Below, piece by piece: positions 25,213 to 37,288 of a stretch of DNA of 64,000 nt; the first letter of the stretch is position 1; each line of letters starts with the position of its first letter. Below the pieces are notes generated by a model. It was not told where the DNA came from. It did not search any database and worked only from the letters and a program-made list of their open reading frames with translations. A program made the translations under genes and the position numbers. This DNA comes from Chrysomallon squamiferum (Eukaryota; Animalia; Mollusca), in contig CM022676.1 of the NCBI GenBank assembly GCA_012295275.1, positions 2,604,001-2,668,000 of the forward strand, written 5' to 3'.

Positions 25213-26264
25213 CTAATTCAATAATACATGATAATGAGGAAAGTCAACATGTTCAACGTATTAGACGCAATATGTGACTGTAAAACAAAAAGATGTACGT
25301 TGGAATTCGTGGCGAAGATTAAAATGTTCAAGTATATTATAAAAATGATTTAGCTAAATTGCAGAAATATTGTTTTCGTTATGTTATTTTCATGGTATTG
25401 ATTAAGTACTTTTATTTAATTATAGTGATAGATTATATAGATTCAATCGCTGATAAACAGACAAAGAAGTATATAGTTATATATATAAATAATACATACA
25501 TAGATAGACTGATAGATAGATACATGGATGGATGGATGGAGAGACAGACAGACAGACTGAGAGACACACAGACAGACAGAAGATAAAAGTCTATATTATA
25601 ACGAATCTTATGTCACAATCAAATAAATTAAACACTCATGACAATTTCAGTTTCAGTGGTATTTATTAATGATTAAGCCAATCTGTTACCTCATCAGCAT
25701 GAAATAAGACAAAATTAAAATAAAATATTGCAAAACAGAACAGAAAAGCTATTATCAAGATTTACGATAAGTGTTAATTGTTATTTATTTATAGTCACAT
25801 TATTGGACTGCGAATTGAACTGAACCTTTTTGAGTTAAATGAATACATTTCTCAAGAGTATTTACTTGAAAAAAAATAATGTCGTTTTGATCGCATCATC
25901 TAAGTGATTTGTATTTCATTAGATATAAACTATTTTAAACAAACTTAATGATTAAAAAATGTATCACAATTTCAGCGTCTCAGTATCTGTTTCACAATAT
26001 AAACGACGTTGTTCGTTAGCACAATCAAATTACACTAAATGTAAAATATACTAAATGTGCTCACCCGAAACAGAAATCAAAGTCTCCTTGTTACAAACGA
26101 AATTAAACTTACTTGAATTTCAGTGGTAACTTCTACGTATGTGGTTCCTAAAACAAAAAAACAAAATTATCAATTACGTAATCCAATAAGCAGAGTTCTA
26201 CAACAAATGGCAAAACATACAGATTAACAATTTGAAACTGGACATAGCAACGTTATTGTCGCTG

Positions 26265-29200
26265 CTATTTTCTTCCATTAAATTGTTAATGTACTTACTT
26301 ATATTCTCTGTTTCTTATGTAATTTTTTATGTACTTGCTTTCTTGCTTCCTTAGGTTATTATTTACGTACTTAATTTATTTCCTACTTGGATAATTTTTA
26401 ATGTACTTAGTTACATTCTTACTTACTTAGGTAATTATTTAAGTACTTACTTGCTTTCTTGCTTACTTAGATAATTATCTACGAACTTACGTTCTTTCTT
26501 ACTTTGGTAACTGTTAATGAACTTACTTATATTCTCACTTACTTAGGTAATTAGTTACGTAGATACTTGATTTCTTGATTCCATAGGTATTTGTTATAGT
26601 TCCTAGTCACATTCTCACTTACTTAGTTAATTATTTATGTACTTACTATCTTTCTTTATTACTAAGATAATTTGTTACTAATTTAATAGTTTACGTAAAT
26701 ACTTTCCTAAGTAAGCAAGAAAACAAGTAAGTACGTAAATAATTACCTAAGTAAGTGAGAATGTAAGTAAGTACGATAACATTTATCTAAGTAAGAAACG
26801 AAGTAAATAAGGACGTAAATAATTACCTTAGTAAGCAAAAAAGGAAGTAAGTATGTAAATACATACCTAACGAAGAAAGAAAGATAGTAGGTACTTAAAC
26901 AATTAACTAACTAAGCAAGGAAGCAAGCACGTACGTAGATAATTACTAAAGTAAGTGAGAATGTAAGTAAGAATTATAACAAATACCTTAAGAGTCATGA
27001 AAACCAATAAGTACGTATCTAATTATCTAATTAGAAATACCTAAGTATTTACGTATATACTTAATTTGTTTCTTACATAGATAATTGTTAATGAACTTAC
27101 TTACATTCTCGCATACTTACTTACTTGTTTCCTTGCTTACTTAGGCCATTATTTACGTACTTACTTACTTTCCTTCTTACATAGATAATTGTTAATGTAC
27201 CTACTTATATCCTCACTTACGTATGTTACTAGTTACTTACTTACTCGCTTCCTTGCTAACAGACCATTATTTACGTAATTATTTGCTTTCTTACTTAGAA
27301 AATTATTAATGTACTAACATTCTCACTTACTTAGGTTACTATTTACTTACTTACTCGATTCCTTTCTAACTTACGACATTATTTACGTAATTACTTACTT
27401 TCTTACTTAGATAATTGTTAATGTACTCAGTTGCGTTCCCACTTACTTAGTTACTTGCTTCTTTGATTACATAGGTCATTATTTACGTACTTAATTACTT
27501 TCCTTCTTACTTAGATAACTATTAATATACTTCCATACATTCTCACTTACTTAGTTATTTTCTTTCTTGCTTACTTAGGTAATTATTTACGTTCATACTT
27601 ACTTTCTTTCTTACATAGATAATTATTAATGTACCTACTTACATTCTCACTTACCTAGGTTAATATTTACATACTTACTAGCTTCCTTGATAACATAGGT
27701 CATTATTTACGTTCTTATTTTCTTACATAGATAATTGTTAATGTAATTAATTGCATTCTCACTTCGTTACTTGCTACCTTGCTTACTTAGGACATTATTT
27801 AAATTCTTAGTAACTTACTTTCCTACTTAGATAATTGTTAATATACTTACTTACATTCTAACTTACTTAGATTATTATTTATTTACTTACTCGCTTCCTT
27901 GCTTACTTAGGCATTATTTAAGAACTTATTTACTTTTTTAGTACGATGATTGTTAATACATTTAGTTACATTGTCACATACATAGTTACTTGCTTTCTTG
28001 TTAACATAGGTCATTATTTACGTACTTACTTTCTTTCTTAGATAACTGTTAATTTACTTACTTACGTTCTAACTTACTAAGTTGCTTGCATCCTTGCTTA
28101 CATAGGCCATTATTTGTGTACTTACTTCCTTTCTTAATTAGATAAGTGTCAATACATTTACTTACATTCTCACTTAGTTAGGTTACTATTTATTAACTTC
28201 CTCGCTTCCTTGCTAACTTAGGCTATTATTTACGTACTTACCTACTTTCTTACTTAGATAATTGCTAATGTACTTACTTATATTCTAACTAAGTTAGTTA
28301 TTTGCTTCCTTGCTTACTTAAACCATGGTTGAAGTACATACTTTATTTATTACTTAGGTAATTGTTAATGTACTTACTTACATGCTGACTTACTTAGGTT
28401 ACTATTTACTTACTTACTTGCTTCCTTGGTAACATAGGCCATAATTTACGCACTTAGTTTCATTCTCAGTTACTTAGTTACTTCCTTCTTTGATTACTTG
28501 TGTGATTATTTACGTACTTAATTGCTTTCCTTCTTCCTTAGATAATTGTTAATGTACTTACTTACATTCTCACTAACTTAGTTACTTGCTTCCTTGCTTA
28601 CTTACGTCATTATTTACGTACTAACTTACTTTCTTACTTAGATAATTGTTAATATACTCTCTCACATTCTCACTTACTTAGGTTTCTATTTACTTACTTA
28701 CTCGTTTCCTTTATAACATAGGTCTTTATTTACGTTCTTACATTCGTACTTACATAATTTTAAAGTGATTACTTGCATTCTCACTTCGTTACTTCCTACC
28801 TTGCTTACGTAGGACATTATTTAAATACTTACTAACTTACTTTCCTACTTAGATAATTGTGAATATACTAATTTACATTCTATCTTACTTAGGTTATTAT
28901 TTACTTAGTTACTCGCTTCCTTGCTAACTTAAGCATTATTTACGAACTTATTTACTTTCTTAATTAGATAATTGTCAACATATTTACTTATACTCTCACT
29001 TACTTAGGTTACTATTTACTAACCTACTCGCTTCCTTGCTAACTGAGGCCATTATTTACGTACTTACGTACTTTCTTACTTAGATAATTTCTAATGTACT
29101 TAATTACATTCTCACTTATCTATGTTACTATTTATTTACTTACTCGATTCCTTGCCAACTTAGGTCATTATTTAAGTACTACCTAACGTTACTACTGAGA

Positions 29201-32200
29201 TAATTGTTAATGTACTTACTTACTTAGTTATTTCCTTCCTTTCTTACTTAGGTCGTTATTCACTAACATACTTATTTACTTTTTTTCTTAGTTTCATAAC
29301 TTTTAATGTCCTTACTTAATTTCTCACTTACTTAGGTTACTATTTACTTACTCGCTTCCATGCTAACCTAGGCCATTATTTACGTACTTACTTAATTCGT
29401 TACTTAGATAATTGTTAATGTAATTACTTACATCCTCAGTTACTTAGTTACTTGCTTCCCTGCTGACTTAGGCCATTATTTACGTACATACTGTCTTTCT
29501 TTCTTAGATTGTTATTAATGTACATTCTTGGATTCTCACTTACTTAGTCACTTGCTTCCTTGTTCACATAGGCCATTATTTACGTACATACTTTCTTTCT
29601 TACTTTCATTAATTACATACATTTACTCATTTCCTTTGTTACTTTACATTCTCATTTCCTTAATTACTTGTTTCCCTGCTAACTTAGGTCATTATTTAAG
29701 GACTTAACTACTTTCTGACTTACATAGATAATTGCTAATGTATTTACTTACATTCTCATTTACAAAGGTTTATCTTTACTTACTTACTCGCTTCCTTGCT
29801 AACTTATGTCATTATTTACGTACTTACTTACTTTCTTACTTAGATAATTTCTAACGTCTTTACTTACATACACAATTACTTAGGTTACTTTCTACTTCCT
29901 CGATTCCTTGGTAACTTAGGTTATTACTTAATAATTACGTACTTTTTTAATTAGATAATTGTTAGTGTACTTACTTACATTCTCACTTATTTAGTTACTT
30001 GCTTCCCTATTTATTTGTTTGATTATTTACGTACATACATACTTTCTTCCTTACTTAGATAATTGTTAATGTAATTACTTACATTCTCAGTTACTTAGTT
30101 ACTAGCTCCACTGCTTACTTACGTCATAATTTAAGTACTTACTTACATTCTGACATTGTTAGATAATTGCTAATGTATTTACTTACATTCTCGCTTTCTT
30201 AAGTTACTATTTACTCCCTTACTCGCTTCCTTGCTAACTAATGTCATTATTTACGACCTTACTTACTTTCTTACTGAGATAATTGTTGATGTACTTACTT
30301 ACGTTCTCACTTACTTAGTTATTTGCTTCCTTGTTCACATAGGCCATTATTTACGTACATACTTTCTTTCTTTCTTAGATAATTATTAATGTGGATTCTT
30401 GGATTCTCACTTACTTAGTCACTTGCTTCCTTGCTCACTTAGGCCAACATTTACGTACATACTTTCTTTGTTACTTTCTAATTACATACATTCTCATTTC
30501 CTTAGTTACTTGTTTCCCTGCTAACTTAGGTCATTATTTAAGGACTTAACTACTTTCTGACTTACTTAGATAATTGCTAATGTATTTACTTACATTCTCA
30601 TTTACAAAGGTTGCTCTTTACTTACTTACTCGCTTCCTTCCTAACTTATGTCATTATTAACGTACTTACTTTCTTACTTAGATAATTTCTAATGTCTTTA
30701 CTTACATACACAATTACTTAGGTTACTATCTACTTACTCGATTCCTTGGTAACTTAGATTATCACTTAATAATTACGTAATTTTTTAATTAGATAATTGT
30801 TAGTGTACTTACTTAGATTCTCACTTACTTAGTTACTTGCTTCCCTGCTTACTTAGGTGATTATTTACGTAAATACTTACTTTCTTTCTTCCTTAGATAA
30901 TTGTTAATATACTGACTTATATTCTCACTTACTTAGGTTACTATTTACTTACTTACTGGATTCCTTGCTACCTAAGGTCATAATCTACGTAGTTACTTGC
31001 ATTCTTACATATATAATGGTTAATGTAATTACTTACATTCTCACTTACTTAGTTGCTTGCTTGCTTGCTTAGTTAGGTCATTATTTACGTAAATACATAC
31101 TTTTTTCCTTACTTAGATAATTGTTAATGTAATTACTTACATTCTCAGTTACTTAGTTACTTGCGTCCTTGCTCACATAGGCCATTATTTACGTACATAT
31201 TTTCTTTCTTACTTAGATAATTAATTATGTAATTAGTTACATTCTCATTTCCTTAGTTACTAGCTCCACTGCTTACTTACATCATAATTTAAGTACTTAC
31301 TTACATTCTGACATTGTTAGTTAATTGCTAATGTATTTTCTTACATTCTCACTTACTTAGGCAAGTATTTACTTACTTACTCGCTTTCTTAGGTTACTAT
31401 TTACTCCCTTACTCGCTTCCTTGCTAACTAAGGTCATTATTTACGTACTTATTTACTTTCTTACTGAGATAATTGTTGATGTACTTACTTACGTTCTCAC
31501 TTACTTAGTTACTTCCTTCCTTGTTCACATAGGCCATTATTTACGTACATACTTTCTTTCTTTCTTAGATAATTATTAATGTGGATTCTTGGATTCTCAC
31601 TTACTTAGTCACTTGCTTCCTTGCTTACTTTGCTCATTATTTAGTTACTTCCTTACTTTCTGTCTTACTTAGATAATTGCTACTGTACTTATTTATATTC
31701 TCACTTACCATTCACTTACTTACTCTCTAACTTGTGTCATTATTTATGTACTTACATACTTTCTTACTTAGATAATTATTTAAGTACTTACTTACTTTCT
31801 TATTTAGATAATTGCTAATATCTTTACTTACATACTCAATTACTTAGGTTACTATTTACTTACTTGCTTCCTTGGTAACTTATGTCATTATTTACGCACA
31901 TAGTTACTTTCGTTCATACTTAGATAATTGTTAATGTAATTATTTACATTCTCTCTTACATAGTTGCTTGAGTCCTTGCTCACTTAGGCCATTATTAAAG
32001 TACATACTTACTTTCTTTCTTCCTTAGATAATTGTTAATGTAATTACTTACATTATCACTTACTTAGTTACTTTCTTGCTTACTTATTGGGGTCATTATT
32101 TAGGTACTTACTTACTTTCTTTCTTACTTTGATAATTGCTAATGTATTTACTTACATACCCATTACTAAGGTTACTATTTACTTTCTCGCTTCCTTGATG

Positions 32201-32531
32201 ACTTAGGTCATTATATACGTACTTACGTACTTTCTTACTTAGATAATTGTTAGTGTACTTACTTACCTTCTCAATTAATTACTTGCTTCCTTGCTTACTT
32301 AGGTCATTATTTACGTACATACTTCCTTTCTTTCTTACTTGGATAATTGCTAATACACTTACATATATTCTAATTTACTGAGGTTACTATTTACTAACTC
32401 ACTCGCTTCTTTCCTACCTAAGGGCATTACATACGTACTTACTTATGTTATTACTTAGATAATTGCTAATGTACTTACTTACATTCTCATTTCCTTAGTT
32501 ACTTGCTTCCTTGCTTTGTAAGGTCATTATT
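26265..32531. repeat. ~6.3 kb satellite built from TTAC-rich 24-40 bp subunits in ~100-115 bp higher-order units, with an internal inverted block
   Basis: Recurrent ttagataattgttaatgtacttacttacattctcacttac / ttag(g)ttact...cttccttgc / ttaggtcattatttacgtacttacttactttc; reverse orientation ~26705-27042. Confidence 0.95.
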
Positions 32532-33599
32532 ATTTTTATATATTATTTATTTCACTTTATTTATTATTTAACACAATTGCCAACTTTCATTGATTTACTT
32601 AAAGTCGTATAACTTTATCTGAAATGTTTCTATTTATTAAATACAAATTTTAGTGTTTTGAATATAAATAAATAGTCAATTATAATTTGGTTTGTTATAT
32701 TATTTCTATTTGTCACTTGAGTTCTTTTCATCTTTCATCACTTATTACATTTATGATACTCGTTCCATGTAACGTCTTTGTATTTGTATAATAATATAAA
32801 ATTATTAAATTCACATGCACACGTACACATTCTGGAAAGATACACAACATAGAAACTTTCTTTATAATAGAGAATATGTTGTGTTTCAATTAGCGCTTGT
32901 CAAAAAAGCCTCACGATTCAATGGTACAATGAGAAAACCAAAATAAAAACAACTTGAGTTTTGTTACAATTATAGACTATGCTTCTAGATCAGGCAAAAT
33001 GTAATCTGAAGTTAACTTGAAAACCTTGTAATATATCAGACAAGAGTTGCATCCCTTTAAGTTTATCGACTTGATAACAGATTAATTAAATAAAAGTTAC
33101 AACAAATCAAAGTACTGAATTAGATGCTGTTCTAGTTTTGTATCGTTCTCAGCATCTGAAAACGCCATTGGTTATTCATAGCTTCAAGTCTGGGAAAATT
33201 TCGAAAATATTCCACATTACCAATCCAGACTGTATCTGACAATCACGATAGAAACAAGAAAGTATCCAAACAGCGCCATTTTGTTTGTTCTGACTAAACT
33301 GTGTTTTTTTCCGAGTACACGATTTTGTACTCTGTCTAGGTCATCTGCAACTCTCTCTATTACTACAGGTCTCTCTCTCTGTCTCTCACTGATATTTTCA
33401 GATGTGTCCGAAAAATTTCATTTTAGTAATTTTAGATGTTGAATCAGTTATACAGTATTTTCATATACATTCCTAGAAAGAAAGAAAGAATAAATAAATA
33501 AATAAAAAAAAAGGACAAAAACGATCTGGGATAAAAAAAGAATTGAAATAACTACAGAGACTCTGGAAGCCATTATTTGTAAGACGTTTCAAAAATATG

Positions 33600-33656
<57 letters not shown>

Positions 33657-33831
33657 TACTATTGGCATACAAAACTCCTCATAACGAATAAGGAATAAAA
33701 ACATTTCAGATTATCTTTACAAATACACATTTTATTTCAAGATAGTAATAAGTTATTATCAGTTCTCATCGTAGTTGGATACATTTTGATATGATAAATA
33801 AAAGTGAATAATTCTAAATAAATGTTATTAC

Positions 33832-33930
33832 CTGAACTCGGTGTGTTATCAGACACCCCAAGCTTTTCATACGCAGGTGCATCACGTGATTGTAAACACT
33901 CGTACTGAGTTGTAGGTATTTGACCATGTT
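33832..33930 (-). CDS. Gene B copy 2 ITAM exon (YECLQSRDAPAYEKL intact)
   Basis: Same splice sites as 6979-7077, open. Confidence 0.75.
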
Positions 33931-34426
33931 CTATAAATGTATTAATATTTTCATAAACACATTTTGATAAACTATTTTTCCGTTATATTTCTAGAAAATA
34001 TTAATTAAAGAAATCGTTACCGGAATTTGAAAAAAATATTAGGCGCTTATTTTTAATTCATTTAATTTACTGCAGCTTCTTTGAGTTTATAACATATTTT
34101 ATATAAACCATACCTAACAATGTTCTTTCAGTCTTTGTCGAAATTACTTATTAATTGTTCAAACTCTTCACGAAGTGAATAAAATATGTGACTGTATGTA
34201 ACTGTCTGCCTCTTTGTGTGTATGGGTTTATGCATAAGGTTTGTTAATGTGTATGAAAAATTGGGATCTGATTTTGAATTTCCGCAATCATCTTGATTAA
34301 TACTTCAAGATCTACTTCAGTTTGAATCGTTTTATGTATTAAAGAGACAGCTTCTTTGCAAAGGAAATTGCTCTAGTAAAACTAGGATCTAAAAAAGATA
34401 CTCAAAACACTGGATTTCTATTTTAC

Positions 34427-34476
34427 CTGAACGAACAGCTGTTTCCTGGACTGAATCCATTGATACGTCTTGATTT
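34427..34476 (-). CDS. Gene B copy 2 cytoplasmic exon (Y to N: NQDVSMDS)
   Basis: Counterpart of 7575-7624. Confidence 0.6.
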
Positions 34477-34797
34477 CTGTGAAACATAATAAGAAAAATA
34501 TACTGGTATCTCATTCAAGTATATTTGGTTTTACTTGAATTGCTGTAACGAGACAATCGCATACTTTGCAGAGGTATTTATGTTAATAGAGCAATGTAAA
34601 TATTTTATTAGAGGTTAATATATTTTCCATCCTGATACAATTTTGCAGCAAAATTTACTTTAAACATAAATAATATAGTTATGCACTTTGGGCATACTAG
34701 TGTCTATTTCGAACAAGGTCTGCAGGTGCTTTAGTAAATAGATACTGAATATCTCTTATCACAGTAGTAATCAGAAATATTTCAACACACTACTCAC

Positions 34798-34831
34798 TTA
34801 TGTGTTTCATTTTCATTGTTGCTGTCTGAAC
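34798..34831 (-). pseudogene. Gene B copy 2 mini-exon with acceptor AG to AC
   Basis: gaacgtgtaac vs gaacctgtaac in copy 1. Confidence 0.6.
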
Positions 34832-35147
34832 GTGTAACATATATGCACAGTTGTATTTTACAAGCTAAATAATAATTCTTAAATTGAAATAATTGAATTT
34901 GATTTTCATTTTTAAACAACCAATGAAAAAAGAAAGAAACAATAATAAAAATAAATAAATGCACGCACACGCACACACACCCACATACATTTATATAGTT
35001 AAAGAGACAGAAAAAATATTAAAAATAAAAAGTAAGAAAGAAAGATAATTTTAAAATAAATAATTAAAAACTACAATAAAATAAATACGAAATATTCAAA
35101 ACAGTAAAACAATATCTAATGAATGAGTCTAAAATTTAACTGACTAC

Positions 35148-35273
35148 GGATGGTGTAACCTCTTCTCCTCAAGATGAACAGAATAATTATTGCAGGAAAG
35201 CAGAGCAGAAGTATTCCTACTACCAGACCAATTCCAATTCCAGTTCCAAGTGTTGCCATGGACGAAGATTCTT
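35148..35273 (-). CDS. Gene B copy 2 TM exon
   Basis: LGTGIGIGLVVGILLLCFPAIIILFILRRRG. Confidence 0.75.
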
Positions 35274-35540
35274 CTAGAGTGATTATAATAACAAGTTTAA
35301 CTACATAAATCAATTATCCGCATTTACGTTTAATTTTTTTAATTATAATTCTTTCTTCTAAACATCTTTCATTAAATAACGCAAATAGTTTGGACAATGT
35401 CAAATTCACCAGAACCTGTATACAAGTAATGTAAAAAACTAAACAAAAACACACAGAGAATAAATAAATAAATAAATGAATAAATATTTTGCTGAAATTG
35501 TAAATGAAGAATCGAAAACTATATATATTATTTTACTTAC

Positions 35541-35828
35541 TAAAAGTAGTACAAACAGTCAAACAGTAACGACTGTCATTTTTATTTGCAGAAGAGTAAA
35601 TTTTAAAGTGGTAGGAAGAATTGGACTTGAGATGAGAAATGTGTAAAGAAAAAGTCTTGTCGTGTGTCTTATTGTCTGACACTTGCAGACTGATAGACTG
35701 GTCTTCAGTAGACAAGCGTTGTTCGACAGTGAATCTAGTGAACTTGTTTGTGTTGTATTTCCACTTGAGATCTACTGAAGTTTCTAAAACATTTGTGCAG
35801 TAACACCATTCATGAGCTGATTCAAGAA
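35541..35828 (-). CDS. Gene B copy 2 FN3 exon
   Basis: 288 nt, open, same splice sites. Confidence 0.78.
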
Positions 35829-35874
35829 CTAAAACGTGGAAAAAGATTTATGTTGTGTTTTAATTTCATCTGCA

Positions 35875-35918
<44 letters not shown>

Positions 35919-36050
35919 TTTAGTAAAACCTGCATATAAAAATTGATACAGGCTAATTCTGACAGGGATGGAAACAACAAAAACAAAGAAATGAAAAATC
36001 ATTTGTACTTGCTAACAAAGGTCACATGAAAAAAGTGTAAACAAAGTTAC

Positions 36051-36284
36051 CTGTAACAATGACACTGGCAGATCCTGACACTGAAGTGTTAAAAGAAGTT
36101 TTTGAAATTGCTGAACACGTGTACTCTCCTTGGTCTGACTGTTGAAATGAGCAGATTTGAAACAGAGAACCATCAGTGAGATGTTTTGTACCAGTTCGCC
36201 ATTCAAATACAACACTGTCTGGATTACTGTCAACTGTACAGCGTAGTATCACAAGTTTTCCCAGTTCAACTCTGATGTGACTCT
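36051..36284 (-). CDS. Gene B copy 2 Ig exon (original acceptor deleted; in-frame cryptic tatcag| possible)
   Basis: 234 nt, phase 1-1 from the cryptic AG; SHIRVELGKLVILRC...DQGEYTC. Confidence 0.6.
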
Positions 36285-36637
36285 CTGATAAAATTCTCTG
36301 ATACAAATATATGTAAAAAGATGAAAAACAACAACATAATGCATGCAAAGAAAAAAAATACAAGAAAAAATACAATTAATCTAAGAGGAAACAGAAAACA
36401 GATCACAGAGATTGCATTATTTCGCAGAAAACTACTGAGGAGAAGTGGTAAAATACAGTTAACGTACATTGTTTATTTCTGTTTATTATTTATAAGGATG
36501 ATATGAGCATGTTGAAAGCAATATTCAAATATCTTCCTAAATTATGTCAATATTATTTACTTATTTACTTAATGTGAAAGTCATAATGAACAAATAAAAC
36601 AAAGAAACAAAACAACAACAACATTTAAACAACATAA

Positions 36638-36922
36638 AATATACATTCGTATGAAGAGAATTAGATTCAAGTCTCTGTTGTCCACTTCTGTCTCTGAAGA
36701 GATTTCCAGCTGTACATTTTTACCAGCCTCCATTATCTTCCTTTGTAGTTGTCAGAATTTAAATCCTGTATTTTGAATATCTGTTCCATTTCTAATCCAA
36801 TAAAACTGAGCTGCTGTATTTCCTTTAACCACTGTCAGGTAAAGAACAAATCAAAGAGCCTCCTGTGTTTTCTAGCCATGGCTGTTTTGGATCTGATGAA
36901 AGTATTGGTTTGTTTGGAGGAT
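36638..36922 (-). pseudogene. Gene B copy 2 upstream Ig exon, disrupted
   Basis: Acceptor AG to TG, extra +1 insertion, TAC to TAA stop, plus the frameshift and dead donor shared with copy 1. Confidence 0.75.
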
Positions 36923-37239
36923 CAATTTAAAAGACTCTCGTTTTAATTCAGGTAAGAGGGGAATTTATCTCTTCTTTTCACTTTTTTTCTCCACATTTTC
37001 TCATATAAAGAAGGAGAGGAATATAATTAAATCTGGCTGTATCTGTAATTGCTCTAAAATTACTATTATTGTTATTTTCTTTGGAGAGGACTGTTGAAAG
37101 TCAAACACGTAGATGTGTTTGTTTCACAATGTATGAAAAATCTTAATTTTATTCAATTATTCTCGTTTTCATTGTTGTAAATTAAATATTTTGTACTAGA
37201 AATAAGTATTAATATCGATAGATACATACATGCATACGT

Positions 37240-37288
<49 letters not shown>

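Larger units (their letters stand above)
5698..26218. repeat. Segmental duplication copy 1 (~20.5 kb)
   Basis: Collinear near-identity to 32532-52981, offset ~26.7-26.85 kb, from atttttatatattatttatttcac to ctacaacaaatggcaaaacat. Confidence 0.97.

Noticed and set aside
26265-32531. CRISPR array or TTAGG telomeric repeat
   Set aside because: No unique spacers, no cas genes, eukaryotic context; TTAGG occurs singly within longer units, not in tandem.
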